This document shows positions 38,274 through 51,789 of a stretch of DNA of 64,000 nt, one piece after another (the stretch's first letter is position 1; every line of letters begins with the position of its first letter). This DNA is from Heterodontus francisci (Eukaryota). The DNA is taken from assembly GCF_036365525.1 (NCBI RefSeq), contig NC_090374.1, forward strand, positions 75,909,699 through 75,973,698. The letters are read 5' to 3'. The notes beneath the pieces are model-generated. The model was not told the DNA's origin and made no database searches. It worked only from the letters and a program-made list of their open reading frames with translations. The translations under genes and the position numbers were made by a program.

Positions 38274-38534
38274 GGCTCAATTTTGTCAGTGGTTTTTACA
38301 GCAAGAGTAGAGCATAAAAACTAAGCTCACATCAACTCAAGTGACTTCTAAGACCTCCATCAGTAAGGACTTCAACAGCAAACCTGTGAACGAACAGGGA
38401 ATCACTAGCTCCACCATTCAATAAGTTCATGGTTAACTCTGCATGTGCAGACTCCAGAAGCTTGTGTTAGTTTCATAATGTAATGACAGCAAACATGGGC
38501 AGTTTCACCATCTTACAGTTGTAAAATCTGAGCC
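38274..38534. mobile_element. Short MITE-like element
   Basis: Termini ggctcaattttg ... gtaaaatctgagcc form an imperfect TIR of the same type as 12517-13207. Confidence 0.5.
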
Positions 38535-38969
38535 GTTTGATAGCCCTACCACATAGATAAGAAGCAATTTTATGTGCACATCAGTTTAGCTAGGTTTTGT
38601 TAGATAATTTTTGGGGCAAGGTCAAAGAGAATTGCTGCTTGTGAATTAATTGATGTTCTAGCATGGTACAGAGCAATTTGGTCAAATGACCTATCAGAGT
38701 CCGAAAACATCAAGACAACCTGCAGCAAAGCCAAAGAGCTACTCTAATCATAATAGATCTTTATACAAGACAAGGCAAAATTAGGAATTTTGGCCCCTGC
38801 AGGTTTACCCAACATTGACAAGAAAATCTGCTCACTAACCTAGTACTAGAACTGGGAATGTCACATCGGAGGGTTTCGATATAGTGTGTGATGTTATGAT
38901 AGCTGCCAAAATGTTTGACATCTTAGAAGCCAAGACTTCTACTGACTGCAGGTGACCATATAGAGCAAA

Positions 38970-40665
38970 CTTTTTAATTTATTCTTTCATGAGATGCGGG
39001 CATCGCTGGCAAGGAAAGCATTTGCTGCCCATCCCTAATTGCCCTTGAAATGGAGTGGCTTGCGAGGCCATTTCAGAAGGCAGTTAAGAGTCAACCACAT
39101 TACGTACGAACATACATATGAAGACGCAAATTAGGAGGAGTGGGCCACTCAGCCCCTCGAGTCTGCTCTGCCATTCAATAAGTTCAAGGCTGAATTGATC
39201 ACTCCACATGCCCGCCTACCCCCGATTACATTCCACCCCGTTGCTCATCAAGAATCTATCTACCTCTGCCTTAAAAATATTCAAAGACTCTGCTTCCATT
39301 GCCTTGTGAGGAAGAGAATTCCAAAGACGCACAACCCTCAGAAAATATTTCTCATCACTGTCTAACAATAAGGGGTCACCCATTTAAAACAGTGACCCCT
39401 AGTTCTAGATTCTCCCACAAGGGGCAACATCCTTTCCACATCCACCCTGTCAAGACTCCTCAGGATTTTAAATCTTTTAATCAAGTCACCTCTTACTCTT
39501 CTAAATTCCAGCGGATAAAGGCCTAGCCCGTCCAATCTTTCCTCATAAGTCAGCCTGCCCATTCCAGGTATTAGTCTAGTCAACCTTCTCTGAACTGCTC
39601 CCAAAACATTTACATCCTTCCTTAAATAAGGAGACCAATACTTTACACAGTACTCCAGATGTGGTCTCACCAATGCAGTGTATAGCTGAATCATAACCTC
39701 CCTACTTGTGTATTCAATTCCCTTTGCAATAAATTATAACATTCTATTAGCTTTCCCAATTACTTGCTGTACTTGCATACTAACCTTTTGTGATTCATGC
39801 ACAAGGACACCCTGATCCCTCTGCATCTCAGAGCTCTGCAATGTCTCACCATTTAGATAATGCTTCTTTTTTGTTCTTCCTGCCAAAATGGACAATTTCA
39901 CATTTTCCCACATTATACTCCATTTTCCAGGTCTTTGCCCACTCACTTAACTTATCTATATCTCTTTGTAGCCTCATGTCCTCTTCACAAAATACTTTCC
40001 TATCTATCTTCATATCAGCAAATTTAGCAACCATACCTTCGGTCCCTTCAGCTAAGTCATTTATATCAATTGTAAAAAATTGAGGCCCCAGCACAGATCC
40101 CTGTGGCACACCACTTGTTACATCTTGCCAACCAGAAAATGACACATTTATGCCATCTTTGTTTCCTGTTAGCTAGCCAATCTTCTATGGATGCCAATGT
40201 TACCCCTACACCATGAGCTTTTTTTTTTTCACAACGTCCTTTGATTTGGCACCTTATGAAAAGGCCTTCTGGAAATTTAAGTACAATACATCCATCAGTT
40301 CCCCTTCATCCACAGCACATATAACTCCCTCGAAGAACTCCAATAAATTGGTTAAACATGATCTCCCTTTCACAAAACCATGCTGACTCTGCCTGATTGC
40401 AGTGCTGTGGGTCTGGAGTCACATGTAGTCCAGACCAGGTAAGGATGTCAGATTTCCTTCCCGAAAGGACATTAGTGAACCAGATGGGTTTTTAAATGAC
40501 AATCGATGATAGTTTCACAGCACCATTACTGAGACTAGCTTCCTATTACAGATTTTTTTTTTTTAATTAAATTTAAATTCCATCAGCTGCCATGGTGGGA
40601 TTTGAACCGGTGTCCCCATGGCATTAGCCTGGGCTCTGGATTACCACTACACCATCATCTCCCTG
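38970..40665 (-). mobile_element. tRNA-head SINE split by a CR1 insertion
   Basis: The tail half at 38970-39102 ends gagtcaaccacatt; the element resumes near 40400 with gctgtgggtctggagtcacatg and runs to the head (ggtgggatttgaacc = B box, ccactacaccatc = A box, both reverse-complemented). Confidence 0.85.
39103..40400 (-). mobile_element. CR1 LINE, 5'-truncated
   Basis: ORFs 39362-39694 and 39846-40145 with [10 protein letters not shown] and LVRPHLEYC. Confidence 0.9.
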
Positions 40666-40689
40666 AGCCAATTGCTGGCAGAAGGAATA

Positions 40690-41420
40690 GGGAGAGATAA
40701 TATATACTTAATGGCACAGTTCTAAAGAGTGTGCAGGAACAGAGGGACCTGGTGGTGCATGTGCATCAATGTTTGAAGGTGGCAGGACACATTGAGAAAA
40801 TGGATAGCAAAGCATATGGCATCTTGGACTTCATAAACAGAGGCAGTGAGCAAAAAAGCAGCGAGGTTATGCTGAAATTTTATGAAGTTCTGGTTAAGCC
40901 CCAACTGGCGATATTGCATCCAGTTCTGGTCACCACACTTTAGGTGGTGATCCTGGAGAGGGTGCAGAGGAGATTTACCAGAATGGTTCCATGGATGGGG
41001 GATTTTAGTTACAAGGTTAGGTTGGAAAAGCTGGGGTTGTTCTCCTTAGAGCAAAGATGATTAAGGGGAGATTTAACAGAGGTGTTCAAGATTATGGCAG
41101 GCATAGATAAGTTAGACAAGGGAAAAACTGTTCCCATTAACTAGGACTAGGGGACACAGACTGAAGGTTTTGGGCAAGAGATGCTGGGGGAAATGTGACA
41201 AGAACGTTTTTTTACGCAGCGGAATGGAATTCGTTGCCAACGAGGTTGGTGAAAGCAGAGACAATGATTTCAAAAGGAAATTGGATGGCCACTTGAAGGA
41301 AATAAACTTGCAGGGCGACAGGGATCAGGTAGGGAAGTGGGACTGACTAGATTGCACCGTGGAAAGCTGGCACGGACTTGATGGGCCGGATAGCCTCCTT
41401 CTCTGCCATAAACGACTACA
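40690..41420 (+). mobile_element. CR1 3' fragment
   Basis: QEQRDLVVHVH...AYGILDFINRG...; CR1-type tail. Confidence 0.8.
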
Positions 41421-42087
41421 ACCCCCATCGCTTCCCGTTCAAGCGCAGGAGATCCAACACCTGACCTTTTACCTCCTCCCATCCCACCGTTAAAGGCCCC
41501 AAACAATCCTTCCAAGTGAAACAGCTATACACTTGTATGTCTTTCAATTAAGTATACTGTATTCGCTGCTCACTCTTCTACACTGGGGACACCAAACACC
41601 AATTGGGTGACCGCCTTGCAGTACACCTTTATTCAGTCCATAAGTATGGCCGAGTTTCCAGTCACCTGTCATTTTAATTCTCACTCCCACTCCAATCTCT
41701 TCGTCCTCGCCCTCCTACATTGATCCAATGTGGCTCAATGCAAGCTCAAGTAACAGCACCTCACATTTCCACGTAGCACCCTAACAGCCTTCCAGACTCA
41801 ACATTGAGTTCAACAAATTCAAATTATGACCTCAGCCCCCATTTCTTTTGGACATCAACTGTTGATGTCTCTACTTTTCCCATTTACACATCCTTCGTTC
41901 CTTTACTTGTCCCATTAATGTTTCCTTTTGCTTTGCACCATCATCCTTTTTGTCATGCCTTCCACGACATTAGTGCTTACCTTTTGGTCTTTCCCCCACT
42001 CCCCCTTTCCCTGCTTCTGTAATTGCTTAAAACATGTTACAGAACTAACTTTTTCCAGTTTTACCACCAGGTCATCAACCTGAAATG
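41420..42087 (+). mobile_element. Penelope-like element (GIY-YIG endonuclease relic + 3' region), continued at 46327-46405
   Basis: GPKQSFQVKQLYTCMSFN*VYCIRCSLFYTGDTKHQLGDRLAVHL at about 41495-41630; decayed hammerhead region aggtcatcaacctgaaa cut by a CR1. Confidence 0.8.
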
Positions 42088-45000
42088 GAAACACAGGAGG
42101 AGTAGGTCATTCGGCCTTTCGAGCCTGCTCCGCCATTCAATACGATCATGGCTGATCATCCAAACTCAGTAACCAGTTCCCGCTTTCTCCCCTTATCCTT
42201 TGATCCCTTTAGCCCCAAGAACTATATCTAACTCTTTTTTGAATATATTTAATGATTTGGCCTCAACTGCTTTCTGCGGTAGAGAATTCCACAGGTTCAC
42301 CACACTCTGGGTGAAGAAATTTCTCCTCATCTCAATCCTAAATGGCTTACCCCTTATCCTTAGACTGTGACCCCTGGTCCTGGACTCCCCCGCCATCGGG
42401 AACATCTTTCCTGCATATATCCAGTCCTGTTAGAATTTTGTAGGTTTCTATGAGATCCCCTCTCATTCTTCTAAACTCTAGCGAATACAAGCCTAATCGA
42501 CCCAATCTCTTCATATGTCAGTCCCGCCATCCCAGGAATCAGTCTGGTGAACCTTCGCTGCACTCCCTCAAGATCATCCTTCCTCAGATAGGGAGACCAA
42601 AACTGCACACAATACTCCAGATGTGGTCTCACCAAGGCCTTGTATAAGTGCAGCAAGACATCCTTGCTCCTGTACTCGAATCCTCTCGCGATGAAGGCCA
42701 ACATACCATTTGCCTTAACTGCCTGCTGCACCTGCATGCTTAGTCAGCGACTGGTGCACAAGGATACCCAGGTCTCGCTGCACCTCCCTCTTCCACAATC
42801 CATTGCCGTTCAGATAATAATCTGCCTGTTTTTGCCACCAAAGTGGATAACCTCATGTTTATCCACATTATACTGCATCTGCCATGTATTTGCCCACTCA
42901 TTCAGCCTGTCCAAATCACACTGGAGCTTCTCTGCATCCTCCTTACAGCTCACACTCCCACCCAGCTTTGATATATTACATTTAATTCCCTCATCTAGAT
43001 CATTAATATATATTGTGAATAGCTGAGGTCCTAGCACTGATCCCTGCGGTACCCCACTCGTCACTGCCTACTACTCAGAAAAAGACCCGTTTATTCCTAC
43101 TCTTTGTTTACTGTCTGCCAACCAGTTCTCTATCCATGTCAGTACCTTACCCCCAATCTCATGTGCTTTAATTTTGCACACTAATCTCTTGTGTGGGACC
43201 TTATCAAAAGCCTTCTGAAAGTCCAAATACACCACATACACTGGTTCTCCCTCATCTATTCTACTAGTTACATCTTCAAAAAATTCCAGTAGTTTTGTCG
43301 AGCATGATTTCCCTTTCGTAAATCCATGTTGATTTTGTGCAATCCTGTCATTGTTTTCCAAGTGCTCTGCTTTATAATGGACTCCAGCATTTCCCCCACT
43401 ACTGAGGTTATGCTAACTGGTCTATAATTCCCCGTTTTCTCTCTACCTCCTTTTTTAAATAGTGGGGTTACATTAGCTACCCTCCAATCCGTTGGAACTG
43501 TTCCAGAGTCTGTAGAATTTTGAAAAATGACCTCCAATGCATCCACTATTTCTAGGGCCACTTCCTTAAGTAGTCTGGGACGTAGATCATCAGGCCCTGG
43601 GGATTTATCAGCCTTCAATCCCGTCAATTTCCCTAACACCATTTCCCTACTAATACTGCTTTTATACAGTTCCTCCTTCTCATTAGACCCTATGTTCCCC
43701 AACATTTCTGGCAGGCAATTTGTGTGCTCCTTTGTGAAGACAGAACCAAAGTATGTATTTAATTGGTTTGCCATTTCTTTGTTCTCCATTATAAATTCCC
43801 CCGGTTCTGACTGTAGGGGACCCACATTTGTCTTCACTAATCTTCTCTTCACATATCTATAGAAGCTTTTACAGTCAGTTTTTATGTTCTCTGCAAGTTC
43901 ACTCTCATACTATTTTCCCCTTCTTAATCAATCCCTTTGTCCTCCTTTGCTGAATTGTAAACTGTTCCAAATTCCCAGGTTTGCTGCTTGTTCTGGCCAT
44001 TTTATATTTCTCCTCCTTGAATCTAATACTATCCCTAATTTCTTTTGTAAGCCACGGTTGAGCCACCCTTCCCGTTTTATTTTTGCGCCAGACAGGAATG
44101 AACAATTGTTGTAATTCATCCGTGCGCTCTTTAAATGCTCGCCATTGCCTATCCACTGTCAACCCTTTTAAGTAACATTCCCGAATCTATCATAGCCAAC
44201 TTGTGCCTCATACCTTCATAGTTTCCTTTATTTAGGTTCAGGACCCATAGTCTCGGAATCAACTCTCACTCTCCAGCTTGAAGAATTATCATGTTATGGT
44301 CGCTCTTCCCCAAGGGACCCTGCACAACAACATTTTTAACTAATCCTTTCTCATTACACAATACCCAGTGTAGAATGGCCTGTTCTCTAGTTGGTTCCTC
44401 AATGTATTGGTCCAAAAAACCCATCGCGTACACACTCCAGGAACTCCTCCTCTACAGTATTATTGTTAATTTGGTTTGCCCAATCTATATGTAGGTTAAA
44501 TTCACCCATAATTACAGTTGCACCCTTATTGCATGCGTCTCTAATTTCCTGTTTAAAGCCATCCTCTACATCACCACTGCTGTTTGGGGGTCGATATACA
44601 ACCCCCAACGTTTTCTGCCCCTTGATGTTTCTTAGCTCCACCCATACAGATTCCACATCAGGATTCTCTGAGCTATTATCCCTCCTCACTATAGTATTGA
44701 TTTACTCTTTTACTAACACTACTCCACCTCCTTTCCCTTTTTGCCTGTCCTTCCGAAATATTGACTACCCCTGGACGTTCAGTTCCCATCCTTGGTCACC
44801 CTGCAGCCATGTCCCCATAATCGCAACTATATCACATCCATTTACATCTATTTGTGTGGTTAATTTGCCTATCTTATTGCGAATACTCCACGCATTGAGA
44901 CACAATGCCTTTAGGCTAGTCCTTTTTGACATCCTTTGTCATCTTATTATTTCACACTATGGCCCTATTTGTTTCTTGCCCTTGATTTCTATGCCTTCCA

Positions 45001-46326
45001 CTTTTGCCTTTTTGTTTCCTGTCTTTCGTTTCTATCCTGGTTTCCTCCTCCTCAGTCTCCCCGTTCAGGTTCTCATCCCCCTGCCATTCTAGTTTAAATC
45101 CTCCCCAACACCACTAGCAAATGCCCCTGCGAGGACATCGGTTCCGGTCCTGCCTGAGTGTAACCCCGTCCCGCTTGTACACGTCCTACCTTCCCGAGAA
45201 CCGGTCCAGACGTCCCAAGAATCTAAATCCCTCCCTCCTACACCAAAAGGGACCTCATCCCTTTTTCCACCTATCGTTGGTATCGACATGTACCACGACC
45301 ACTGGCTGTTCACCCTGCACCTTCAAAATGTCCTGCAGCCGCTCCAAGACATCCTTGACCCTAGAATCAGGGAAACATACCATCCTGGAATCTCGTTTGT
45401 GGGCACAGAAACGCCTGTCTGTTCCCCTTACAATTGAATCTCCTAACACTATGGCTCTCCCAGTCTTTTTCCCCCCTTCCTGTGCAGCAGAGCCATCCGT
45501 GGTGCCATGAACTTGGCTGTTGCTGCTTTCCCCTGGGAGGCCATCCCCCCCAACAGTATTCAAAGTGATATATCTGAGAGGGGGGTGGCCACAGGGGACT
45601 CCTGCACTACCTGCCTGCTCCTACTACTCTGCCTGGTGGTCACCCATCCCTTTTCTGCCTGTGCAGCCATTACTTGCGGTGTGACCACCTCACTAAACAT
45701 GCTATCCACGACATGCTCAGCATCACGGATGTTCCACAGTGAATCCACCCACAGCTCCAGCTCTGTAATGCAGCTAGCCAGTAGCTGCAGATGTAAACAC
45801 TTCCTGCACACATGGTCATCATGGACACTGGAAGAGTCCCTGAATTCCCACATAGCGCAGGAGGAGCATATCACGGGTACGAGTTCTCCTGCCATGACTT
45901 ACCTTTAGATTACCTAGTTACTCCCTTTAAAAAAATACTCATTACCGTAGGAGCCTTGTTCTACTCCAAACACTACCCACTACAATCTAAAGTCCTTAAT
46001 AAATTACACTAATTTAAAAAACACACCTTAGTAGTACTCACCTTATCACTTTTACGGTAGGTTTTGAGATTTTTTTTTTTTTTTTTTTAAAGCTATTTAA
46101 ATGCACTGACAGCTGTTACTTAACCAACTAAATCAGCTTACAGATTTCCCATGATGTCAGCCAGTCTTTTTTCCCTTTTTTGAACCTCAGCGTGCGGAGA
46201 CAGAGAGCCTGCGAACAGGTAAGTGAGGGCCTCGAGCCCCGCTCTATCCTTTTCAGGTCCCGCTCCAGATCAGCCTCCTCCCAGGTCTGCCTGCCACCGC
46301 TCCAGTCTTCAGCTAAGTCCAGGGAA
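42088..46326 (-). mobile_element. Apparently full-length CR1 LINE (5' UTR, ORF1 zinc-finger/esterase, ORF2 EN-RT), decayed
   Basis: ORF1 pieces 45560-45895 (CSSCAMW...HVCRKC) and 45255-45563 (AIVLGDSIVRGTDRRFC, SGNH esterase-like); EN 44399-44689; RT 42193-43852; gaaatg direct repeat at 42082-42087 and 46327-46332. Confidence 0.92.
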
Positions 46327-46405
46327 GAAATGTTAACTTTTGCTCTCTCCACATATCCTGCCTGGCCTGCTGAGTATTTCCAGCATTTTCGGTTTCTATT
46401 TCATT
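46327..46405 (+). mobile_element. Remainder of the Penelope-like terminus
   Basis: gaaatgttaacttttgctctctccacatatcctgcctggcctgctgagtatttccagcatttt is colinear with the uninterrupted copy at 10660-10740. Confidence 0.8.
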
Positions 46406-46464
46406 GATTGTGCTTTTAAGATGAGGGAAGGACTCAAATTCGAAATGCACTGGCTTCAGTTCTG

Positions 46465-47120
46465 TGGGCATAACAGTAAGACCATCACTTAGCGTTATTA
46501 CGGGGTAAAACAGACAGCAGCCTCTGGACTCGACTCGTACAGTTAAACACAGAAATCTGGAAGCTGCTGTCACCACAGGCTTTGCTATTGCAGTCCTTGC
46601 CAAAAGACTGTGCATCGAAATGACTGCGACATGAACTAGCTGTACTTGCTGACCAGTCCCACACTAAAAATGGCTGAAAACATTTGCTGCATTCAGTGAG
46701 TTTTTGAACACATGCAATAATTGCTGAACAACCTCTCTGGCACTGGGCAAAAGAAACATTACAAGTGTGGAGTCTCATTCCCTGAAAATTGGTGTTGGAG
46801 ATTTTAAAAATTACATATTTAACTTTTGTGTTTTCTCTCTTCCCAATTAATCTCATCTGTATTTCTTAGTCTTTATTTTGCTTTCTATACATTTAAATTG
46901 AATTCAAATTTCTGCTTTATACTTCCTGGTTTGAATGTTGTATGTCAGTGAGGATTCTTCAATCTGATTGGTTGAAGAGCCACACTATTTCTTGCCCTAC
47001 TCAAGATGCCCTGTAGAGTGCGCTGCGCTGGGCAAGGCACCAGAGGGAATCTACAGAGAAGCCTGTGGATACTCTGGAGGGGAATGCTGTTCCTTTACCG
47101 CTGACAGCAAAATCCATTAT
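46465..47120. mobile_element. Old non-autonomous DNA-transposon-like relic
   Basis: Shares phrases with 38274-38534 (reverse complement of tgtgcagactccagaagc; ends cagcaaaatcc); boundaries unclear. Confidence 0.3.
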
Positions 47121-47419
47121 AGTCAAGATATGACCAGCTATGCATGCATTAATGGGAATTTGCTACCTGCTGTAACTAGAATTTTACTACTATACTATTA
47201 CTCACTGGCTAAAGCAGTGTAGCCAAAAGCTTTAAAAATAATGTTTGAAGAATTTGGTTGTAAAAGATTCATTAAAAATGGCAGGAACAACCCCAACACC
47301 CCATCACCTGACAGTATGCAATTTTTCAACTCAAAATTAAAAATAAATTAAAGAAAAAGCTTATAACTAGGTATTTGAGTACTGAGTAAACAAAGCTCAT
47401 CCTAATTTAGGATGTACAG

Positions 47420-47523
47420 TACTGTGGTGGTTACGTTACTGACAAGTAATCCAGAGACCTGGACCAAGAATCCAGAGAAAAATTCTAAGCTCATCATGGC
47501 AGTAAGAGAATTTGAATCCAGTA
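47420..47523 (+). mobile_element. tRNA-head SINE/LINE head fragment cut by an LTR
   Basis: gtggtggttacgttactgacaagtaatccagagacctggac...catcatggcag. Confidence 0.55.
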
Positions 47524-48168
47524 TGTCATGTTACCTGCTAAGAATAAGACACATTAATTTTGTCAGGAACATTGATTTTAAAAGGTTACTGGAGTTAAGA
47601 AAGGACTTGTTAAACAGATCAGCCATGGCTGGAAAAGACATTTGCATATTAACAGAGTGTGTTTGGAAGGACAAAGCAGCCATTCCCTGATACATTCAAG
47701 CCACAATGGACTCTTGATCACCAGACGTTGAAGGTGGGGGAGCTCGCATTCCAGGCTGACTGCTAAGATGGCCAAATACACAAACGGACATGGTCAAACC
47801 AGCTAGTCACATGACCGACCTGCTGGGCAACCTGAGTTTTTTGAATTTGTACACAGTTTGGGGAGAAAGACTGTTTGCTCCTGGATTGAGAAGAACTCTC
47901 CTGTCTGCTCCCAACTCTTTCTCACAAGCCTCTGAATCCACTGAAGGCACATGAACCCCAGGAGAGAAAAGTCTCCTACAGCGAAGGTGGTTTAATAAGA
48001 ATGCTGGGTCCCAATGAAAAGCAAGATCTACCTACAATCAAGGACTCTACAGTGAGCTCCAAGAATCGTAACAACTCCAGATATTTCTTCAAACCTTTCC
48101 ACTTTATTTTCTTCTGCTCTTTTGTGTCTCTATTTGCACGTGTGGATTGCGTGTGCATGCTAGCGTGT
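47524..48168 (+). mobile_element. Truncated solo LTR, same family as 55988-56829
   Basis: Starts tgtcatg; colinear homology with 56110-56590 (ggacaaag...ccacaatggact.ttgat.accagac.ttgaa...agtcacatgac...gaaaagtctcctacag). Confidence 0.7.
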
Positions 48169-48169
48169 C

Positions 48170-48725
48170 ACCAAGAAATCCAAAAGGGAATTCAGAAGAA
48201 ATTTCTTTACCCAAAGAGTGGTGAGGATATAGAACTCGTTACCACAGGGAGTGGTTGAAGTGACTAGTATAGGTGCATTTGAAGGGTCTGAGTGTACAAA
48301 CACAACACTAAAAGTTGTGCCACAGCAAATCAAGCACTCTGGTTTATTTCTAGAATTTAAAAGTAGGAAATTATGCTAATCTGCATAGAAATTTGGTTGG
48401 ATCGGAGTATTGTGTGCAGTTCCAGTCTCCATATTATAAAACATGTATATAGAGGCATTGGAGAGGGTGCAGAGAAGATTTTAAAAGAATGATACCAGAA
48501 ATGCAAGGATATACACAAAGGATAGGCTCTTGATCAGCAGACTGGGTGAGTCTCTTTTCTCTTGAAGGGAGGCTAGACAAGCATATGGAGAAGGGAACAG
48601 AGGGATACACAGATTTAGATAAGGAAAGATTGGTGGGGGCTCAAGTGGAGAATACATACCAGCATGGACTGGTCGGGCCAAATGGCCTGTTTGTGCTCTA
48701 TACCCCAATGTAATCCTGTATAATT
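48170..48725 (+). mobile_element. Rearranged CR1 3' fragments
   Basis: RRNFFTQRVV and EYCVQFQSP..EALERVQRRF motifs out of the normal order; CR1 tail. Confidence 0.65.
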
Positions 48726-48897
48726 TTCCAACATAACGGCATATGCTTCTTAAAACGCGAGCTTTTATTGCAGCCATAGTTGCTTCCCCTTCCTTTTAAA
48801 ATAAATGTTCCAGTTTTCTTCATAGATATTTCTCGGTCAGCGCCCATTTAGATCTCTAATCTAAAAAAAAAGTTCAGCGGTGCTCCTTGCTCTTTAC

Positions 48898-49778
48898 TGT
48901 TATGACCGAGGTGGGAGGAGTGCACGGTCTTTTCTAGTTCCACTTCTCCACAGGCCACAACATAGATTTAAATGTCTACCCAGTTACCAATACAGCCAAT
49001 CATACACTCTTCTTTTTAATCCCAAAATAAAACACATCAACCAGGTTTCTTTCCTAAACAACAAAATTATCAGTTAATGAAGAACCAAGACATAACCAGT
49101 AACAAAGCAAAGCATTAACAGACTTCTCTGGCCAAATACATGCTAATTTTTGATTTAAAGATGGATATGGAAGGAAGTCAGTTGTCCCTTTTTTTGGTCT
49201 GGCGTCTGGGTATATGGAAACGGGTCACTGGGATTTCAGAAGCAGTCCATTCTGGAGATATTGAGAATTATTCCAGCAGGTTTTCCAGGAGAAATGTGGC
49301 ATCAGGGTTTTCTGCCAGCACACATTTGAATCGCAGGATTTTTTCAAACTTCTCCGGAGCTATGCAGCACCACGGATTTTAGTTCTCCCACACTGGATCT
49401 TTGCAGGATTCCTTCAAAGAGGTAGAGAAGGGGGTGAGCTGGGTGGTTTCCTTTTCTCCTGGCAGGAAAACACCAACTGTCTTCAAGCAGTTCACACCCC
49501 AACTGCACAAAAAACAATCCAAACCCCAGAGAGTCTACCTCCTGACCTCCATAAACCTTGACATGTGGCTTCTCTGTAACCTTTTTGCCCCAGGTCACCA
49601 AGGGTTCTGTTGTTTAATGAATCCAAAACACACGACTTCCAGCAAAGTGGCTTTCAAACAACATCTCAAGAGTCCCTTTGGTGAACTTTGCAATAAAAAC
49701 ACATCCATGGAATCTTTTCAGTTTTAACACAAGTCCTCAAAAAAAAATTTTTTAAAACATGGAAGCACTTTTGTAACA
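48898..49778 (-). mobile_element. Solo LTR (881 bp, Gypsy-like) with 4-bp TSD
   Basis: ttac|TGTTATGACC...TTTTGTAACA|ttac. Termini TGTTA/TAACA; one end (cacctcggtcataaca in reverse complement) resembles the end of 55988-56829. Confidence 0.8.
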
Positions 49779-51789
49779 TTACCATGACTTGCCCTCTCCT
49801 GTTGTTGCACTTGCTTTCTGCTGCTGACCTAGACAGTTTTTCAGATTTGTCAAGCTGACCTTGATGGCTGCGCCCCTCTCCATACAATGTTGCTGGTGTT
49901 TCCATGATCCTCAAGTCCAGCCTTTTCATACTGTGTTACACACCATTTTAGCAAATAGCCAGTAAGTACTTCCTTAGTTACTGAAGCTCGGTTTTTGGTC
50001 TTACCATTTTTATCAAATAACAAAAAAAGTTAATGTGCACATCCATACCCCATGGAAATGGATATTGAGATCAAATGCTGAGTAGATGTATTACCCATTT
50101 TTCTTTTAATTTACTAATCAAAACGCAATTAGCCAGATCTAGGTTGCCAATTAGCCACATATGGCTAGTCTAACATATTGGATAACACTGAAAGAGAAAC
50201 CTAATGTGAGTTTCAGAGTGATTTAAAAGGTTAACTTCACTTAAATCTTTTGATTTAATTTGTTATTCAATGAAATTGCTCCAACTGAGAGTTGGCAAAA
50301 CCTGTAAATTACAGATACCTTAGGAACTGGCATCAGCTGTCATATTTGCTAGTGCCCTTATTTACAAATTGGTCAGCGTTCTGTAGAAATTCAGTGGAAT
50401 GAGGAGGTTTTTAAACCATCATCCAGAAAGGCAGAGAAACTGCACCATTCCTGGCATAGAGCCGTGAAAGCATTTAAACCAAGAGTGTTTTCTCTGTCAC
50501 TATGGATGCTGGGTAGATGGCTCCCCCATTCGACAAAAGCTGCTCCTTTCAGTGGCTACTGTCTCCCACAGACCTGTCTGCCCTTTTTTTTTTATAAAGT
50601 TAGAAAAGTGCTTGACGCATTGAGGGCTGGCCTCGTTGGGAATTTGAGACTGTGGTTTCAGAGTGCTTCTAGTACATTTTACCATATAAAGTTATTTGGG
50701 TCTCAATAAGTGCCTGTTTTTTGCAGTCGTCTGGCAGGCGATTTGGGAGTGTCTGTTCATACAGGTTTCACTATTTTTAATGGACACTCATCAACCCTTT
50801 GTGAAAATGAAATGAATGAGCAGAAATTGATAGTGCTGACTTGTATTGGTTATGCAAACATGAGTAAATAAACCTGCACATTAATGTCAAAAGAAAATTG
50901 AGGAACGTTTGAGAATAATCCAAAAAATTAATTAAGTTTCTAAATGAAGGCTGCAACGGACAGTTAGAAATCATACTAGTGCTCAACCTGCAGTACTTTT
51001 TTAAAATTCTCAACTGCTGAGAAACTGCAGTATTAAAAAATTTGACTAATTAAGGTGCAATACTTGATAGACAAATTAGGTCATTAACACAACTTTAGTT
51101 CACTGAACCAAACAAGTTTTGATCATTGCCTTAAAAATACTGTTTTGCTGGTTTTATTAATGAAAAACCATTGCAAGTGTAAAAGTGAAGACTATTATCA
51201 ACAGCAGCAAACTGACTCTTGACTGCACTGAAAGCCGGAGTTACAAGGCCATTGCTCCAGGAGACAGATTCAGAACACGTTTAAAATCATGTTCAAGTTA
51301 CAAGACAGCCTAATGGAACATCTGGGAACTGTTTAAATTTAATTTTAATGTGAGCAGAGAACTAACAGTCCCTGCCAACTCTCTGCCAACATTAAAATTT
51401 ATCACTTACTTGGAAACCAGTGAATGCAGCTTTGTGCATGCATACACACATACCTGCACAGATCTCTCGTGTCTCTGGGCAGAAAATGGCAAAGGATTTA
51501 GTCCAGTTCAGATCTACCAGCTCCACATCACATTTCTACAAAGATACCACTACTATTAGAGATTGGATGAAATGACTCCTTAAGGGAACCAGGATGTAAC
51601 AATAGTAAGAAACAAGGTGAACAAAGAATTGGGAGAGACAGGTAGCACTAGAGTAATAAATAGTAATATATTAGGTGGGGTCAGACAAAGAGGGAAAATA
51701 AGGTGCAAATTAGGGTTACAGAGCATTATTGTGAATGTGCAAAGTGTGGCAAATAAGGTCGGTGAGCTGAAGGCACACATACCTGCATG

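Noticed and set aside
44391-45092. 233-aa plus-strand ORF and similar 60-150 aa ORFs across the window
   Set aside because: Antisense or off-frame shadows of CR1 and MITE sequence with no independent coding evidence.
46770-46815. Minus-strand NTNFQGMR resembling the FQG motif of ELL2 exon 2
   Set aside because: No AG/GT borders giving a ~48-nt exon, and it lies in a repeat-like relic.
48725-48897. CpG-containing non-repeat stretch with a T8-AG acceptor-like site and ORF start MAAIKARVLRSICRY; with 49783-49940 it forms the pre-LTR locus
   Set aside because: No donor site and no recognisable protein or snoRNA family; the ORF runs into CR1 sequence. Needs a conservation search.
50043-50100. 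Minus-strand IHFHG|gtatg as a candidate exon 2 end
   Set aside because: No acceptor at the expected distance and a weak peptide match.
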